Positions 62,190 through 64,000 of a stretch of 64,000 nt of DNA are shown in pieces (position 1 is the stretch's first letter; every line of letters starts with the position of its first letter). The DNA is taken from positions 32,001 to 96,000 of the forward strand of contig CAWDSQ010000030.1 of the NCBI GenBank assembly GCA_963804955.1. Direction: 5' to 3'. Made by a program: the position numbers and the translations under genes. The notes under the pieces were generated by a model, which was not told the origin of the DNA, searched no databases, and saw only the letters and a program-made list of their open reading frames with translations. The stretch is from an uncultured delta proteobacterium. GTDB lineage: Bacteria; Desulfobacterota; WTBG01; CAIYCZ01; CAIRTM01.

Positions 62190-63864
62190 AATCGGTTATC
62201 TCCACGTCAGTATAGCTCAAGTCCGGCCCCTCGGGGCGGTAAGCGGCCATGGTGTGTTTCAGCCACTGCTTGTCGTCACGTCCGGGAAAGTCGGTGCGCC
62301 AGTGCGAGCCGCGGCACTCCTCGCGGGGGATGGCGCCAGCGACAGTAACCTCGGCAAGGTCGAGCATGCCCTGCAGCTCAAGGGCGTTCATGAGGCCCGG
62401 GTTGTACCGCCGGGTGCCGGGGCTGCGAAGGCTCATGCGCTTGTAGCGCTCCTGCAGCTCTTTAACTTTGGCCAAACACTCGACAAGCGCCGGGCGCTGC
62501 CTGAAGACGCCGCATTTATTGAAGAGGGTTTCGCGCATCTCGCTGACGATGGTGCCCACAGTGTCGGCGCCGCGCTGCCGCGACAGGATCGTCTGAATGC
62601 GCGCCTCCTGTTTATTCAGCTCATCCTGCAGCACCGCGGCTTCGGGCTGCGGCGGCGCCGAAGAAAGATACCGGCAGATTGCCTCGCCGGAGAGCTTGCC
62701 GAAGACCGTCGTGTCCAGCAGCGAGTTTCCTCCCAGACGGTTTGCGCCGTGCACGGACACGCACGCGCACTCGCCCGCGGCATAGAGGCCCGTGAGGTTT
62801 GTGGCGCCATGCGCATCGGTGGCAATGCCGCCCATGGAGTAGTGCTGGCCGGGCTGCACCGGAATGGGCTCGTCGATGGGGTCGATACCGCCGAAGTCCA
62901 TGGCGATCTCCCGTATGCCCGGCAGGCGTTCGAGGATTTTTTCACGCCCCAGGTGCCGCAGGTCAAGGTGCACGTACTCGTCGTTGAAGCCCCGCCCTTC
63001 GTTTATCTCGGTCTGTATGCTGCGGGCGACGATGTCGCGGGGCGCAAGCTCCCAGACAGTCGGGGCGTACTTTTCCATGAACCTCTCGCCCTTGCTGTTT
63101 ACCAGGTAGCCGCCCTCGCCGCGGGCGCCCTCGCTTATGAGGATGTTGGTGCCGCAGATGGTGGTGGGGTGGAACTGAACGAACTCCATGTCCTCGATGG
63201 GCACGCCGGCATAGTAGGCAAGGGCAACGCCGGAGCCGGTGTTGATAAGGGCATTGCTGCTGCGGGCAAATATCCGGCCGTACCCGCCGGTGGCAAGCAC
63301 CACGGCCCTGGCGGCAAACATTTCCAGGCGGCCTGTGGCCATCTCCATGGCGATGACGCCATGGACCCTGCCGCCCTGCACGGCAAGGGAAAGGGCAAGC
63401 CACTCCTCGTAGCACTTAACGCCCAGCTGCACGGAGCGCTCGTACATGGTGTGCAGGGTCATATGACCCGTGCGGTCCGAGGCGTAACAGCAGCGCGGAT
63501 AGCCTGCGCCGCCGAAGGGCCGCTGGGCGATGCGGCCGTTCTCGATTCTGCTCCAGGGGCAGCCCCAGTGCTCGAGCTCATAGACCAGCAGGGGCGCCTG
63601 CTCGCACATAATGCGAACGGCCTGCTGGTCGGCAAGGTAATCGCTGCCCTTGATGGTGTCGAAGGCGTGCTTCTCCGTGGTGTCGTCTTTTGAGCCGTCC
63701 ACGTTTGCAAGGGCAGCGTTCATGCCGCCTTGTGCCGCCACGGAGTGGGAGCGCACGGGATGCACCTTGGATAGCACTGCGGTATCATATGCGCCGCAGG
63801 CGCCGATTGCCGCCCGCAGGCCTGCAAGCCCGGCGCCTATGACCAGTACATCGTGTTTAACCAT
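62164..63864 (-). CDS. sdhA: Succinate dehydrogenase/fumarate reductase flavoprotein subunit
   Basis: GAGLAG, RSHSVAAQGG, QFHPT, SEGARGEGG, HYSMGG, HGANRLGGNSL. Confidence 0.97.
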   Translation of the reverse strand: MVKHDVLVIGAGLAGLRAAIGACGAYDTAVLSKVHPVRSHSVAAQGGMNAALANVDGSKDDTTEKHAFDTIKGSDYLADQQAVRIMCEQAPLLVYELEHWGCPWSRIENGRIAQRPFGGAGYPRCCYASDRTGHMTLHTMYERSVQLGVKCYEEWLALSLAVQGGRVHGVIAMEMATGRLEMFAARAVVLATGGYGRIFARSSNALINTGSGVALAYYAGVPIEDMEFVQFHPTTICGTNILISEGARGEGGYLVNSKGERFMEKYAPTVWELAPRDIVARSIQTEINEGRGFNDEYVHLDLRHLGREKILERLPGIREIAMDFGGIDPIDEPIPVQPGQHYSMGGIATDAHGATNLTGLYAAGECACVSVHGANRLGGNSLLDTTVFGKLSGEAICRYLSSAPPQPEAAVLQDELNKQEARIQTILSRQRGADTVGTIVSEMRETLFNKCGVFRQRPALVECLAKVKELQERYKRMSLRSPGTRRYNPGLMNALELQGMLDLAEVTVAGAIPREECRGSHWRTDFPGRDDKQWLKHTMAAYRPEGPDLSYTDVEITDYEPTERKY

Positions 63865-63897
63865 GCAGACCGATGCCTTTTTTGTGACCGTTCAAGA

Positions 63898-64000
63898 TTA
63901 TTTAAGTACCCAGTTGAAGCAGACAAAAACGTACAGCACAAGCCCGAACGCCGATAGCCCCCAGAAAAGCTCCTTCTCCTTCTTTACGCCCCAGTCGACA
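63898..64000 (-). CDS. Probable succinate dehydrogenase membrane anchor subunit (3' end only)
   Basis: Manual translation VDWGVKKEKELFWGLSAFGLVLYVFVCFNWVLK*; hydrophobic and directly upstream of sdhA. Confidence 0.65.
   Translation of the reverse strand, partial: VDWGVKKEKELFWGLSAFGLVLYVFVCFNWVLK

Noticed and set aside
8584..63693. Long antisense ORFs such as 8584-9645, 40200-41594 and 62254-63693
   Set aside because: Shadow frames of GC-rich housekeeping genes (lysA, dxs, sdhA) with no protein motifs.
1..64000. CRISPR array, tRNA or rRNA genes
   Set aside because: No regularly spaced direct repeats with unique spacers, no cas genes, and no cloverleaf or rRNA signatures seen by eye.

Overview
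Bacterial chromosomal window, most consistent with an anaerobic deltaproteobacterium (Desulfobacterota-like; this is inferred from gene content and not tested). The GC-rich backbone carries argF-argG-argH-lipoprotein-lysA-dapF-dapA, a HEAT/HD-GYP/PP2C signalling trio, spmA/spmB-like genes, a multi-PAS hybrid kinase, a double-length uvrA, xseAB-ispA-dxs-tlyA, bioFHC, desulfoferrodoxin and an sdh operon followed by Rieske and cytochrome b genes. Many housekeeping genes carry single-base frameshifts, probably long-read indel errors. The interesting part is an AT-richer accessory region at about 42.3-49.8 kb. (1) A complete IS110/IS1111-type element is inserted in a GTAG-REP hairpin. Its downstream non-coding end contains a readable bridge RNA whose guide segments match the reconstructed target and the circle-junction donor. 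(2) A ~250 bp leader occurs twice and consists of two tandem SAM-II-like pseudoknot aptamers, each with its own terminator/antiterminator, upstream of genes with no obvious methionine function. (3) An unexplained ~390 nt highly structured minus-strand RNA candidate has its own candidate promoter and terminator. (4) A VWA / ADP-ribosylglycohydrolase / small TM peptide / ERCC4 nuclease / aat gene string sits behind a palindromic operator.
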